IMG/VR virus record: IMGVR_UViG_3300044676_004539
Span: 1 to 29,620 of that record
Direction: 5' to 3' (one strand)
Origin: a virus
Lineage: Duplodnaviria > Caudoviricetes
Length of the DNA: 29,620 bases
Shown: piece after piece, positions 1-10,658 of the stretch
Layout: each line of letters starts with the position of its first letter
Numbering within the stretch: position 1 is the first letter of the stretch
Notes under the pieces: model-generated
What the model was told of the DNA's origin: nothing
The model's input: the letters and a program-made list of their open reading frames with translations, nothing else
Databases searched by the model: none
Translations under genes and position numbers: made by a program

Positions 1-2
1 CT

Positions 3-518
3 TTGAGAATACAAGGTTTAGATAGTTCTTATAATTTTGCTGAAGAGACTGTTGATATGGATGGAACAACCACAGTTACAACTACTCAAACTTTTTTAAG
101 AGTATTTAGAATGTCTGTAGAAACAGCTGGTACAACTGGAAATAATCAGGGGACAATTACTGTAACCTATACAGGGGGATCAGATGTTGCTGCAACTATA
201 TCGGAAGGTAATGGACAGACACTAATGACATTGTATACAATACCTGCAGGCTATACGGGTTATTTATTATCAATGAATATATCATCTGGTAAAGACCAAG
301 AAATGGATTTTAAATTCATACAAAGACAAAATGAAGGTAGTAATGGAGCTTTTCAAACAAAACAATTTTTAAATGTTAGAGGTGGTCAAACAACAGTTAT
401 ATTTAATGCAATCAACGTGATACCAGAAAAATCTGATATTTATGTATCTGGTAAAGCAAGTTCTACCTCTTCCGCTTCTGCATCATTTGATTTATTATTA
501 GTACAGGATGGTTATTAA
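3..518 (+). CDS. Phage structural/tail-associated protein, 5' truncated
   Basis: T/S/G-rich, beta-strand-like ORF running in from the window edge; its stop overlaps the next start (TAATG). Confidence 0.6.
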   Translation: MRIQGLDSSYNFAEETVDMDGTTTVTTTQTFLRVFRMSVETAGTTGNNQGTITVTYTGGSDVAATISEGNGQTLMTLYTIPAGYTGYLLSMNISSGKDQEMDFKFIQRQNEGSNGAFQTKQFLNVRGGQTTVIFNAINVIPEKSDIYVSGKASSTSSASASFDLLLVQDGY

Positions 519-862
519 TGGCAAATAATATTTACAAAAATGCATTCTTTGATCCTAGTGATACCTCTAATACTGTAGTTTATGCTACCGATTCTTTAAC
601 CAGAGCTATTATTCAGAATATTCAAGTTACGAATGAAAGTGGTAGTAAAGTTGTGAGAGTCTATGTATTCGATGCAAGTAATTCTAATACCGCTACTCAA
701 GTAGCATATGCTAGTATTTCTGGACCAACTATCTGTAATTTAGCAAAAGGTCCTATCATTTTAGAAGAGAGTGATACCTTAGTTTTAAGTAGTTCTAACA
801 CATCTGGAGTTAGTGCTACAGTCTCTATTTTGGAAGTAAATAGAGGATTAATACAACAATAA
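518..862 (+). CDS. Small phage structural protein (beta-sandwich-like)
   Basis: 114 aa, translationally coupled to the upstream gene, within the structural operon. Confidence 0.55.
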   Translation: MANNIYKNAFFDPSDTSNTVVYATDSLTRAIIQNIQVTNESGSKVVRVYVFDASNSNTATQVAYASISGPTICNLAKGPIILEESDTLVLSSSNTSGVSATVSILEVNRGLIQQ

Positions 863-902
863 TCCTATTGATTTCCTAGGTTTTCCTCGTTAAAACTATA
901 AT

Positions 903-1160
903 ATGGCAAAGATTATAGATGAACCAATCATCTTACGCTATGAATATGACATCGAAGGAAATCAAATCCCAGTCTATAGCTGTAAGGTCGAAACTACAAT
1001 TACCAATACTAGAACAGGCGTGGAATATGACTCAGAGGATCATGCCAATAACGATATTGCCGATCCTAATACTGATACTACTTCCGAAGATATTCGTCGG
1101 GATGTTAATGTCATCGCCCCTAAATTATTCACGGGTGCGGTTACGCCTAAACAAGGATAA
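903..1160 (+). CDS. Hypothetical phage protein (acidic, 85 aa)
   Basis: ATG start, natural composition, ends 3 nt before the next gene. Confidence 0.6.
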   Translation: MAKIIDEPIILRYEYDIEGNQIPVYSCKVETTITNTRTGVEYDSEDHANNDIADPNTDTTSEDIRRDVNVIAPKLFTGAVTPKQG

Positions 1161-1163
1161 AAA

Positions 1164-1988
1164 ATGTTAAAAAAACTTATACCCGCTATCACAGGTGCGA
1201 TTGGATTCGCAGTAGGTGGACCAATAGGAGCATCTATTGGAGCAGGTTTAGGTTCAGCAATTCGAGGGGATAATCCTGCGAACATTGCAACATCAGCATT
1301 AATGGGTTTTGGTTTAGGAAGTTTGGGTGCTAGCGCAGGTTTAGTTGGTGGAAAAGGTTTGGGCGCACTTGGTACAAGTGCTAAAGAATTAGTAGCTCCA
1401 TCTCTTGGTATGAGCCCGGGAGAATCAATGGCTCGATATGGAAATATAAGTAAAGCAGGTAGTACACCTAGTGTATTTCAAAGAGGAGCAGAAGCTTACA
1501 AAGGAATGAGCACTCTAGCAAAAGGCGCACTAGGATTAGGCGCAGTAGCTGCATTAAGTTCAATGGACGAAGAAGATAAAGGAGTAGATATTGCTCCTCC
1601 ACCAACACCAGGTAGTATAGCACCATTAGATATGAGCACTCCTAATGTAACTTATTATGATCCAAGCACAGGTGGTTATGGTGCAGCCGCACCAACATAT
1701 CGACCACTTGCTCAAGGTGGAGACGTTATCGATACAGAGTCAAGATCTCTTGATGATGTCGTCAACAACTTCCCTCGTAAAGTAGGACAGATCGATGGGC
1801 CAGGGACAGAGAAATCTGATGACATCCCTGCGATGCTATCGGATGGAGAGTTTGTCATGACTGCTGCAGCGGTTCGTGGGCTAGGGGCATTGAATGGTGC
1901 AGATAAAGATGATAAGTTAGAGCAACGTCGCAAAGGTGCCAAGATGATGTATGATATGATGGATAAATTTGAAAGTAAGGTAGCGTAA
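1164..1988 (+). CDS. Ejection/internal virion protein
   Basis: Gly/Ala-rich hydrophobic N-terminus; C-terminal LAQGG...GPGTEKSDDIPAMLSDGEFVM motif typical of tape-measure/ejection proteins. Confidence 0.65.
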   Translation: MLKKLIPAITGAIGFAVGGPIGASIGAGLGSAIRGDNPANIATSALMGFGLGSLGASAGLVGGKGLGALGTSAKELVAPSLGMSPGESMARYGNISKAGSTPSVFQRGAEAYKGMSTLAKGALGLGAVAALSSMDEEDKGVDIAPPPTPGSIAPLDMSTPNVTYYDPSTGGYGAAAPTYRPLAQGGDVIDTESRSLDDVVNNFPRKVGQIDGPGTEKSDDIPAMLSDGEFVMTAAAVRGLGALNGADKDDKLEQRRKGAKMMYDMMDKFESKVA

Positions 1989-3004
1989 TGGCAGATGAAA
2001 TAGTTCAATATTCGAGACAAGCCCCCTTTATTGAGGAGAGAGCAGAACAATTATTAGGTTCTATCTATGGTATTCCTAATTATCAACAACAAGCGGGAGA
2101 AACAGATGAAGAGTATAAATTAAGATTAGAAGAATTAGGAGCTACTAGAAGACCTGACGAAACAGACGAGCAATATAATTTAAGATTAAAAGGATTGGCG
2201 GGTATTCCACAAGCAGTGCCTGCAAAACAAGTAGCTGGTTTAGAGGAAGCACAGTTAACAGCTATTCAAAAAGCACAAGAAGGTTTAGGTGCGTATCAAC
2301 CATTTTTACAAGCCGCTGGTGAAACAGTCGGTGCAGGACTCGGAGCCATTGGTGCAGGAGTGAGAACTCTTGATCCTTCTCAAGTCGGAACATACATGGA
2401 TCCGTATCAACAACAAGTTACTCAAGAAGCATTAGCGGAATTAGACAGGCAGGCACAAATGCAAAGTCAACGAACTTCAGCGGAAGCTGTAGCTGCGGGT
2501 GCATTTGGTGGATCACGATTCGGTGTCCGTGAAGCAGAGGAAGCGAGAAACTTAGCACAGGTAAAATCACAAAGAATTTTTGAAGACTTATCTCGAAACT
2601 ATTTACAAGCACAAGCTGCACAAAGAGCAACAGCACAACAATTAGGACAACTTGGAACACAAACACTTGGCGCTGCTCAAGCACAATCTGGGTTAGGATC
2701 TTTAACTCAGCAACTTCAAGGTGTGGATATTAACAGATTATTAAGTGTGGGTGGTGTTCAACAACAGCAACAACAAAATGTTTTAGAAGCTGCTCGACAA
2801 ACTGAACTTGCTAGACAACAAGAACCATTTAGAAGAGCAGGATTTGCTTCTGATATTCTACGAGGCGTTCCGACATCACAAGTTCAATACACACAACAGC
2901 CTTCACCATCGCTCTTCCAACAAGTAGCTGGTTTAGGTATCGCAGGTTTAAGCACCTTAGGTGCACTAGGTGGATCGGGGGCAGGCATCAGCCTGTTATC
3001 ATAA
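1988..3004 (+). CDS. DNA transfer/ejection protein
   Basis: Q/A/G-rich helical protein with YMDPY..QV and AGAFGGSR motifs and a hydrophobic Gly-rich C-terminus; coupled by TAATG. Confidence 0.65.
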   Translation: MADEIVQYSRQAPFIEERAEQLLGSIYGIPNYQQQAGETDEEYKLRLEELGATRRPDETDEQYNLRLKGLAGIPQAVPAKQVAGLEEAQLTAIQKAQEGLGAYQPFLQAAGETVGAGLGAIGAGVRTLDPSQVGTYMDPYQQQVTQEALAELDRQAQMQSQRTSAEAVAAGAFGGSRFGVREAEEARNLAQVKSQRIFEDLSRNYLQAQAAQRATAQQLGQLGTQTLGAAQAQSGLGSLTQQLQGVDINRLLSVGGVQQQQQQNVLEAARQTELARQQEPFRRAGFASDILRGVPTSQVQYTQQPSPSLFQQVAGLGIAGLSTLGALGGSGAGISLLS

Positions 3005-4134
3005 TGGCTATATTAGATAGACCCATGTTTCAGCGCCCACTGACCAAGGACCAATTACGTCAATATGGTATCCCTGCTTTTGCTAATGGTGGTATTGTAA
3101 AGATGAGCAATGGTGGTGATCCATTAGGATTATTTACACCAGGTGGTTTAGGGAAACAAATAATGGAAGAGAAAGAAGCTCGTCCTAAAGCCATGCTATC
3201 GGATATTATGGCTTCACCAAAAGAAAGCGATTCTATTGCAAATCAAATTCAAAGATTAGAAACAATCATAGCAAATAAAAAAGCCAACAATCCAAATGCA
3301 GATACATCTGCTGAAGAAGCAAAGATAGCTGAATTGAAAAAAGAGTTAGTTGCAACACAACAAGAAGAAGTCAAAGACATTGCTACTCCTGTACCAGAGG
3401 ATATTCGAACAGCAAAAACAACTACTGAATTAAAAGAAGCTATCTTAAATCAAGGTGGTCCTGGAACAAGTGAAGTGGTTGAGGAAAAAACAGAGAGCAT
3501 CACAGATGATCTTGGAACACCAGAAAAAGAAAGACTTTCAGATTTAGAGTCTTTGGTTAAAGAACGATCTGATCTTTATAAGAAAATTTTAGGAGACCCT
3601 AGAGAAGGATTAAAGCAACAAGGACTACTTCAACTAGCACAATTTGGTTTAAATCTAGCATCAGCCAGAGGTGGAAATCTAGCAGAGAAGATTGCAAAAT
3701 CAGCTAAAGATCCATTACAAGCTTTCGCAACTTTAGGCAGGGAAGCGATGAAAGACGAAAGAGCGATTGACATGATAGCAATTAAAGGTGCTGAAGAAGA
3801 ACTAGGTAGAACTCAAAAACCAGGAACCTTTGGTCAATTAGTACAAGACATCATGAACACTAAAGGACTTAATCGAGAAGAAGCTGCTAAAGAAGCAACT
3901 AAAATATACGAACAAAAATCTGGTAAAACTATCGCAGAGATAAGAGATGAAAGATATTCAGAACTATTAGCTTTCTATGAAAAAGAATTCGGTGAAGTTG
4001 AAAAAGCAAGAACAGCAGCTAATAAGGCTATTAAACAAGAGTTTGGAACACCAATGTATGAAGAAGAAGGTGTATCAGATACAGAAACTACAACCACTAC
4101 CACTACAGAAACAGACGTAATTAAAATAGATTAG
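3004..4134 (+). CDS. Internal virion protein
   Basis: Coiled-coil, E/K-rich, with FANGG/MSNGG motifs; lies between ejection genes. Confidence 0.55.
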   Translation: MAILDRPMFQRPLTKDQLRQYGIPAFANGGIVKMSNGGDPLGLFTPGGLGKQIMEEKEARPKAMLSDIMASPKESDSIANQIQRLETIIANKKANNPNADTSAEEAKIAELKKELVATQQEEVKDIATPVPEDIRTAKTTTELKEAILNQGGPGTSEVVEEKTESITDDLGTPEKERLSDLESLVKERSDLYKKILGDPREGLKQQGLLQLAQFGLNLASARGGNLAEKIAKSAKDPLQAFATLGREAMKDERAIDMIAIKGAEEELGRTQKPGTFGQLVQDIMNTKGLNREEAAKEATKIYEQKSGKTIAEIRDERYSELLAFYEKEFGEVEKARTAANKAIKQEFGTPMYEEEGVSDTETTTTTTTETDVIKID

Positions 4135-4142
4135 GAGGTCTT

Positions 4143-7100
4143 ATGCCAATTTATGAATATCAAGGGCAAAAATTTGACCTCAAAGAAGGGCTATCTAATG
4201 CCGAAGCAAAAGAAAAAATACTTAATTTTTTAGAAGAACAAAAAGACGAAAAAGATAAAAAGCCTAATTTTTTTGTAGGTCTTGCTTCTGGTGTAGCATC
4301 CGGAGCATTAAAGATACCAGAAGGTTTTGCCTCTCTAGCTGCAGAATTAATTGATTTAGGAGCGGATACAGATACAGCTGCTAGTGTAGAAACTTTTTTT
4401 GATAAATTAAATCCTTTTGAAGAAATAGCAGAACAAACATTAACTGGTAAAATAGCTGAGGGATTAATTCAATTAGGTGTACCTGGTGTAGCGGGCTATA
4501 AGTTAGGGGCGGGCTTAGCGAGAAGAGCTATTGGTGCAAAGAAAACCGGTAAATATCTAGATGAAGCAACTGGTAAAGGTTTACGTAGAAAAGACATTGA
4601 TCAAAATACTTTAAAAAGTGATTTAGCTACTAAGTTAAAAATTGGTGGTGGAGGACTATTAGGTTCCACTATTGGTGAGGGCTTAGCGTATACCGACGAT
4701 TTTGGAACAATTGGTGACGCTATCGGTGGTCCAACAGAAACAGATAAAACAGAAGGACTAGAGGGTAGAGAAGAAGCATTTAGAAAATTTACTAACCGTT
4801 TTAAGTTTGCAGTTGAAAGTGGTGCTATCGGTGCGGGATTAGGAGCAACCATATCTGGAGTCACCAAAGCCGTGAAAGCGACTCCTCTTGCAAGACAATT
4901 TGATAGAAGTCCTTTACAAAATGTAATTGGTAAAGGATTAAATATGCTCACCCCTAACAGTGCCCTTGGTAAAAGAGCATTTAATATTTTAAAAGACGGA
5001 GATCAAATAGCTACAACGTATGCTTTGAAATCACAGATGATGAGTGAAGCTTTAGCAACTTCAGCTGAAAAAATTTCAAAACAGGCATTAAAAAATGCAG
5101 GTTCTCAAAAAGAAGAAATCTTTACAAAGTTTCAAAAGCTCGTCAATGATCGACTAACGGATTTCGGTAAATTTAAAAAATCAGATTTTGTTTTTGATCA
5201 AAAAGGAAATATTGTTCAAAAACAATTACCTGATGCAGCTTACGCTCTTCCAAAAGAAATTGTCAAAGTAAACTCTAGAGGAAAAGAATTTAGAGTAGCC
5301 AACCCTGCATATAAAAAAAGAGAAGCACTTCACGATTTTATGAAAAATACTTTGAAGGCAACAGACGACGATATTTTAGAATTTGAAAACTCATTACTAG
5401 CAAATCGATATCTCTTAGATTTAAACTCTATTACCTTAGATAATCAATTCTTAAAACCTTTGATTAGAGAAGCAAGAGATGTTCTTGGAATTAAAGGATT
5501 ATCCAGACAAGAAGAAAAGATAGCTAGAGATGTTCTCGCTAGTGCTACTGAATTGAGTGATACTTTCACCAGTCAGCTTGGTAAGTATATGAATAGAGAG
5601 TACAAGATATTTAAAAAAGAAAAAAATATATTTAAGAAGATATTTTCTGGTGATGATTTCAAACCAACACAAGAAATTATTCAAAAATCTGAAAGAGTAT
5701 TTAGAACAGCAATTGCTCAAGCTTATAAAAATAGCGACACTACAAGAGCAAAGGCAACAGAGATTGTTGAGTTAAGAGCATCACAACGTCAAAAGCAACC
5801 GACAACAGGTAGAAGAGATCCTCTTTTAGAAAGAGAAAGAAAAATCAGTAAACAAAAAGCTATTGAAGAACAAATAGATAGAATGTCAAAAGATTACTAC
5901 GATAATGTTGCTCCTCAAAAAGCAGCTGATGCTGTTGAAGCTATCATAACAACAAGAGGAAAAAGTTTATTTGAAACTCCTACTGGACCTATTAGTGGTT
6001 TTAAAAAGTTTATTAAAGATGAAGCAAGTCTAGAATTAGACGAAGGAATATTCAAAGAAAGAACTCTACGTAATCCTGTTATTAGACAACTTCTAGGAGA
6101 GATTGAAGATCCTTTTTACAACATCGCCAATACCAATTCTAAACAAGCTCAAATCATGGCACAATTACAAACACACAATAAACTATTTCAAGATACTGTA
6201 ACATCTGGAGAAGGCGGAGCAGCTAAGAGTAATATGTTCTTTGATAGTAGTGCAGAAGCTAGAGAAGCTATAAAAAATTTACCTGAGTACAAAGATATCT
6301 ATGTCGGGCCCGATGATATTGTTCAGATAAAAACTAAAAATGCTGATATTGTTCCTAGTGTACTAGATGGTAAATACACATTTAAACCTGTAGCTGAAGC
6401 AATTACCAGCCAAGATCAAATGTTGGCTGATAATACTTTAAATAATCTTTACAAATGGATGGTGTTAATCCCTAAAAGTATATCTCAGCAAGCTAAAACT
6501 ATTTATTCTCCATTTACTCACGTTAGAAACGTATTGTCTGCCACTTTATTTACAACCATGAACGGTAATATTTTATTTCAAAACCCCGCACAAACAGCTC
6601 GATATTTTAAAAGAGCGTTAAAAGATATTACAGGTAATGATGCTGAGTCTGTTGCTCGTCGATTAAGAAATCAAAGATTAGGTATTAATGGCACTAGCCC
6701 TATTGCAGGAGATATTGATGCATTAGCAAAAGAAGTTGGCACCGATATTTACACAGGTAACTTCAATGGTTTTATGGATAAGTTACTAGGAAGAACCTCT
6801 AAATTAGCAGAGAAAGCAAGACGAGCTTATCTCGCTGAAGATAATCTATGGAAGAACTATAACTTTGAAGTTGAATTAGACGCATTAAAAAACAATTTCT
6901 CAAAGCTAGGGATCACTGCTGATAATATTTTTGATCCAAAAAACATGAATGCATATAGTAAACTACTTGGTAGACAAGTAACAAAAAACGATCCGATCTT
7001 TGATCGTATTGTAGATATTAGTCCTGACGGTAAATTTTTAACTATTGGTAATCAAGGTGTTCGATTAGAAGGAGATAAGTTACTAGAAACTTTCTATGAG

Positions 7101-8576
7101 AATATGGCGGCACAAATTACTAAACACAATCTTCCAAACTATGAGTATGTTGGTGACTTTATCAAAAGCTTAAGAAGACTACCTCTTGGTACCTTTGTGG
7201 CTTTCCCTGCTGAGATTATTAGAACAGGATACAATACTATTCAAAGAGGTTTAAGAGAACTGCAAGTCGAAGGATTTAAACAAACAGGGATGAGAAGATT
7301 AGCAGGTGTTGCAACTACAGCTGCTGTTGTTCCCGCAGGTTTAGTTGAGTTTGGTAAATCATTAGCTGATATGACTGATGATGATATGAGAGCACTGAGA
7401 ACTTTTGTTCCTTCATGGTCAGAGAACGGTTTGTTAATGCCAGTCAGTAGAGATGAAAAGACAGGTAAAGTAAAATATGTTGATCTAAGTTATATCTTTC
7501 CTTACGATACTTTAGTTCGTCCTGTTAATACTATTCTTAACGAAGCATCTAAAGGTCAACAAACAGGAGAGAGTTTAAATAAATATTTATTAGATGCAGG
7601 TGCGACTAGCTTCTATGAATTATCCAAACCTTTTATTTCTGAATCTATTTTCTTTGAGGCTTTTGCTGATATCGTAGCAAGAAACGGTCGATCAAGAGAT
7701 GGTAGACAAGTCTTTAGACCTGGAGATTCTGTAGGAGAGAAAGTTTATAAAGGTGGTATGCATGTTTTAGAAACATTTATGCCAGGTTCTGTAAATCAGA
7801 TAAATAGATTATTTCAAGCAGGTGCTTTAGGTAACGAAAAGATTCCAGATAAATATGGTAACACTTATAACTTACTTGATGAAGCAGGGGGTATCTTTGG
7901 ATTTAGAGCAATTGAAGCTGATCCTATAGATGCGATGCCGTTTATCGTTACTGACTTTAATAAGAAAAATGATAGTGCAAGAGCATCGTTTGTTGGTGAT
8001 GTTTTAAAAGGTGGTTTTGTTTCTCCAGCAGAGATTGTTGAACAATACATTAAGTCCGAAAGAATTAGATTTCAGAACTTTAAACAAATGCACAACGCAT
8101 ATAAAGATGCTTTACAATTAGGAGCGAATAGAGGAAAGCTTAATAAAGAACTAGGTCGTATGACTAAGGCTGAAAGACAAGCTGTGATTTCTGGTCGATA
8201 TCTACCTTACGTTCCAGGAGATGGAGTAAGACAAGCATTTAATGAAAACTTTAGAGAACTAAGGAAAGAACTAGGTAGAGATGTTCAAAACCCGTTTATT
8301 TTAGCTTATCCAGAGATTATGAAGGTAAGAAGAAACAATAGAAACATTGACGTTAATTCTGGTGACTTTGATTCTACCTTTGTTGTACCAGAGGGCTTTA
8401 ATATTAAAGAGATTGTTCCTGAAGCACCGCCCACGACCACTGGTCCAGTGACCACGTCGGGAGGACCAGGGACCACGGTCACCGGCACACAAACCCTTGA
8501 ATCTCAATTTGCAGCTGATACACTCTTTCCCAATGACTCACTCTTTCAGGAATTATTTAGACAAAGGAATACATAA
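4143..8576 (+). CDS. Large internal virion/ejectosome protein (1477 aa)
   Basis: AGGAGG SD; Gly-rich hydrophobic segments in the N-terminal part; size and position match the largest podoviral ejection protein. Confidence 0.65.
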   Translation: MPIYEYQGQKFDLKEGLSNAEAKEKILNFLEEQKDEKDKKPNFFVGLASGVASGALKIPEGFASLAAELIDLGADTDTAASVETFFDKLNPFEEIAEQTLTGKIAEGLIQLGVPGVAGYKLGAGLARRAIGAKKTGKYLDEATGKGLRRKDIDQNTLKSDLATKLKIGGGGLLGSTIGEGLAYTDDFGTIGDAIGGPTETDKTEGLEGREEAFRKFTNRFKFAVESGAIGAGLGATISGVTKAVKATPLARQFDRSPLQNVIGKGLNMLTPNSALGKRAFNILKDGDQIATTYALKSQMMSEALATSAEKISKQALKNAGSQKEEIFTKFQKLVNDRLTDFGKFKKSDFVFDQKGNIVQKQLPDAAYALPKEIVKVNSRGKEFRVANPAYKKREALHDFMKNTLKATDDDILEFENSLLANRYLLDLNSITLDNQFLKPLIREARDVLGIKGLSRQEEKIARDVLASATELSDTFTSQLGKYMNREYKIFKKEKNIFKKIFSGDDFKPTQEIIQKSERVFRTAIAQAYKNSDTTRAKATEIVELRASQRQKQPTTGRRDPLLERERKISKQKAIEEQIDRMSKDYYDNVAPQKAADAVEAIITTRGKSLFETPTGPISGFKKFIKDEASLELDEGIFKERTLRNPVIRQLLGEIEDPFYNIANTNSKQAQIMAQLQTHNKLFQDTVTSGEGGAAKSNMFFDSSAEAREAIKNLPEYKDIYVGPDDIVQIKTKNADIVPSVLDGKYTFKPVAEAITSQDQMLADNTLNNLYKWMVLIPKSISQQAKTIYSPFTHVRNVLSATLFTTMNGNILFQNPAQTARYFKRALKDITGNDAESVARRLRNQRLGINGTSPIAGDIDALAKEVGTDIYTGNFNGFMDKLLGRTSKLAEKARRAYLAEDNLWKNYNFEVELDALKNNFSKLGITADNIFDPKNMNAYSKLLGRQVTKNDPIFDRIVDISPDGKFLTIGNQGVRLEGDKLLETFYENMAAQITKHNLPNYEYVGDFIKSLRRLPLGTFVAFPAEIIRTGYNTIQRGLRELQVEGFKQTGMRRLAGVATTAAVVPAGLVEFGKSLADMTDDDMRALRTFVPSWSENGLLMPVSRDEKTGKVKYVDLSYIFPYDTLVRPVNTILNEASKGQQTGESLNKYLLDAGATSFYELSKPFISESIFFEAFADIVARNGRSRDGRQVFRPGDSVGEKVYKGGMHVLETFMPGSVNQINRLFQAGALGNEKIPDKYGNTYNLLDEAGGIFGFRAIEADPIDAMPFIVTDFNKKNDSARASFVGDVLKGGFVSPAEIVEQYIKSERIRFQNFKQMHNAYKDALQLGANRGKLNKELGRMTKAERQAVISGRYLPYVPGDGVRQAFNENFRELRKELGRDVQNPFILAYPEIMKVRRNNRNIDVNSGDFDSTFVVPEGFNIKEIVPEAPPTTTGPVTTSGGPGTTVTGTQTLESQFAADTLFPNDSLFQELFRQRNT

Positions 8577-10093
8577 TGGCAGTACCAGGCGAACAGGAAT
8601 CTTTTAAATCACAATCGTTTAGTGGTGGATCTAAAACACCTAAAAAAACTACATTCAGTAGCCCTGCAGCTATGGCACAAGCTCAAAGAGGGGCAGAAGC
8701 TCAGAGTATGAAAGCTCTTCAAGATAGAAGAGAAAAAACAAGACAAGAATTTTTTAAAGGACGAGAAGATATTTCTGATGACAGATTAGACAGAAGACAA
8801 CTTCAAGATGATTTATATGAAAAATTTAAAAAAGAAACCTATCAAACCTATGTAGGAGATGACGGTAAAACTTATACAAAAGATCTTTCTTTAAGATTTG
8901 ATACTGACCCTATGAGTCCGACCTTTGGTCAATACACAAGAACAACGATCGCTGATAAAGCAACTGAGCTTGCAATGAAGTATGGTCCTACCTTCAAGGA
9001 AATAGCAAGCGACATGGGCTATGCTATAGGGAGTATGACTAAAGGCGCTGGAGATTTAATCATGGGAGGCAATATTGGTCTACTAGGTATTGTAAAAGGA
9101 ATTTACAACAAAGCAGTAGGAGACGCTAACAAAGGCTACGATAAATTAAATTCTGTACAACAAGAGATATTTGATAACCCTGATAAATATCCTTACGCCT
9201 CTAAAGTTCCTCAAGTTGAGTCTGTTAATAATTCAAGGCTACTGGCCCTTGAAGCACAAAGAGATGTAAATTCATTTGCAGCTGATGCAACAGGTATTCT
9301 TGGCATTGATCAAAATAGATTAGATGGATTCGTTAATGAACCTATTGATACATTTGGAACTGCTGGCCCAACAGTAGATATGAGACGACCAACAGAAGAA
9401 GAACTAGATCCAATGGATATTGGATATGTAGAGTCTGGTCAGTTCAAAGAAGACTTACAAAAGTCAGGTATTTTATCTGTTGATGATCCATCAACAGGAG
9501 ATCCATTTTCTGATAGCACAAAAATACCAGGGCAAAATGCAACCCTTGGCGACTTAAGAAAAGCTTTAGAAAATCAAGGTCTGGATGATCTTCAAATTCA
9601 GTCCGCTATTAATCAAGTAGGACAACAAATTATTTCTGGCGAATATACAGGAGACTTTGAGGTTGATACAGGATCAACAACAGACGATCAAGTATCTTTC
9701 ACTCCTTATAACAATCCTTTCAATTTAGAATTCAGAGGACAAGAAGGAGCCGAACCTGGATATGGTGGACAAGAAGGAACTAGGTTTGCATCGTTTGATA
9801 CTTTAGATACAGGGATAACAGCAGGGATAGATAGAGTTGCTGAGATCGTTGGAGAAGGAAAAAGCACAGATGACTTTTTAAATATATACGCTCCTCGATC
9901 TGATAATCCAGAATCTTATGATAACTATTTAGCAACCCTACAAGACAAAGTAGGAGAAACTATTGAACCAAATGAAATTAAATCTTTAACAGAAGGTATT
10001 GTTAAGTTTGAGAATAAACCAGAATTAGCTGACCAATATTTAAATTATCTTGAACAACAAAAAGATAAATTATATAGTGGCATCGTTTCGTAA
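8576..10093 (+). CDS. Virion protein with C-terminal lysozyme-like muralytic domain
   Basis: C-terminal NNPFNL...FASFDTLDTG...YAPRSDN...Y...IVKFE pattern characteristic of phage virion peptidoglycan hydrolase domains. Confidence 0.6.
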   Translation: MAVPGEQESFKSQSFSGGSKTPKKTTFSSPAAMAQAQRGAEAQSMKALQDRREKTRQEFFKGREDISDDRLDRRQLQDDLYEKFKKETYQTYVGDDGKTYTKDLSLRFDTDPMSPTFGQYTRTTIADKATELAMKYGPTFKEIASDMGYAIGSMTKGAGDLIMGGNIGLLGIVKGIYNKAVGDANKGYDKLNSVQQEIFDNPDKYPYASKVPQVESVNNSRLLALEAQRDVNSFAADATGILGIDQNRLDGFVNEPIDTFGTAGPTVDMRRPTEEELDPMDIGYVESGQFKEDLQKSGILSVDDPSTGDPFSDSTKIPGQNATLGDLRKALENQGLDDLQIQSAINQVGQQIISGEYTGDFEVDTGSTTDDQVSFTPYNNPFNLEFRGQEGAEPGYGGQEGTRFASFDTLDTGITAGIDRVAEIVGEGKSTDDFLNIYAPRSDNPESYDNYLATLQDKVGETIEPNEIKSLTEGIVKFENKPELADQYLNYLEQQKDKLYSGIVS

Positions 10094-10098
10094 GATTA

Positions 10099-10200
10099 AT
10101 GAGAATATTAACACATATAAAGAACTTAATACGTTCTATTATATATAGAAGAAAGGAAAAAGATCCTCATGAAATACATTGGGGAATAGGTGGAAAATGA
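10099..10200 (+). CDS. 33-aa microprotein MRILTHIKNLIRSIIYRRKEKDPHEIHWGIGGK (not in ORF track)
   Basis: Hand translation; fills the gap and its TGA overlaps the endolysin ATG (ATGA). Confidence 0.55.
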   Translation: MRILTHIKNLIRSIIYRRKEKDPHEIHWGIGGK

Positions 10201-10658
10201 ATGAGATAAAAATTACTGATGAACTGAAGGCACGGATTCGTGACCATGAAGGTTGCAGGGACGAAGTTTATTTAGATTCGCTAGGCAAAGCCACTATTGC
10301 CATAGGACATTTGGTACAGCCACACGAAAGAGATCGTTTTAAACCTGGTGTTAAAATAACAGCAGATGAGATAGAAGACCTATTTTTAATAGATTTGAAT
10401 AGAGCATGTGCAGGAGCAGAGCAGCTAATCGGAGAGTTGTATAAAGGCGATAAGAGATTGCCTCAAGCCATTGAGCACGTAATCGTGGAAATGATTTTTC
10501 AACTGGGAAAGACAGGCGTTTCAAAGTTCCGTAAGATGTGGAAAGCATTATCAGATGGTAATAGAAAACAAGCGTCGCTGGAAATGAAGGACTCCAGGTG
10601 GCATTCGCAAACCCCTGTGAGATGCGAAGCCCTAGCTGAAATCGTTGAAAACGCTTAG
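10197..10658 (+). CDS. Endolysin, GH24 (T4-lysozyme-like muramidase)
   Basis: Catalytic E-x8-D-x5-T pattern in HEGCRDEVYLDSLGKATIAIGHL; C-terminal SRWHSQTPVR. ATG 10197 follows an AGGTGG SD. Confidence 0.9.
   Translation: MNEIKITDELKARIRDHEGCRDEVYLDSLGKATIAIGHLVQPHERDRFKPGVKITADEIEDLFLIDLNRACAGAEQLIGELYKGDKRLPQAIEHVIVEMIFQLGKTGVSKFRKMWKALSDGNRKQASLEMKDSRWHSQTPVRCEALAEIVENA

Noticed and set aside
919-8507. Alternative-frame and antisense ORFs in the structural module (919, 1040, 1712, 2418, 4601, 5499, 7865, 8301, 8306)
   Set aside because: Shadows of long, well-coupled genes, with no motifs or SD.
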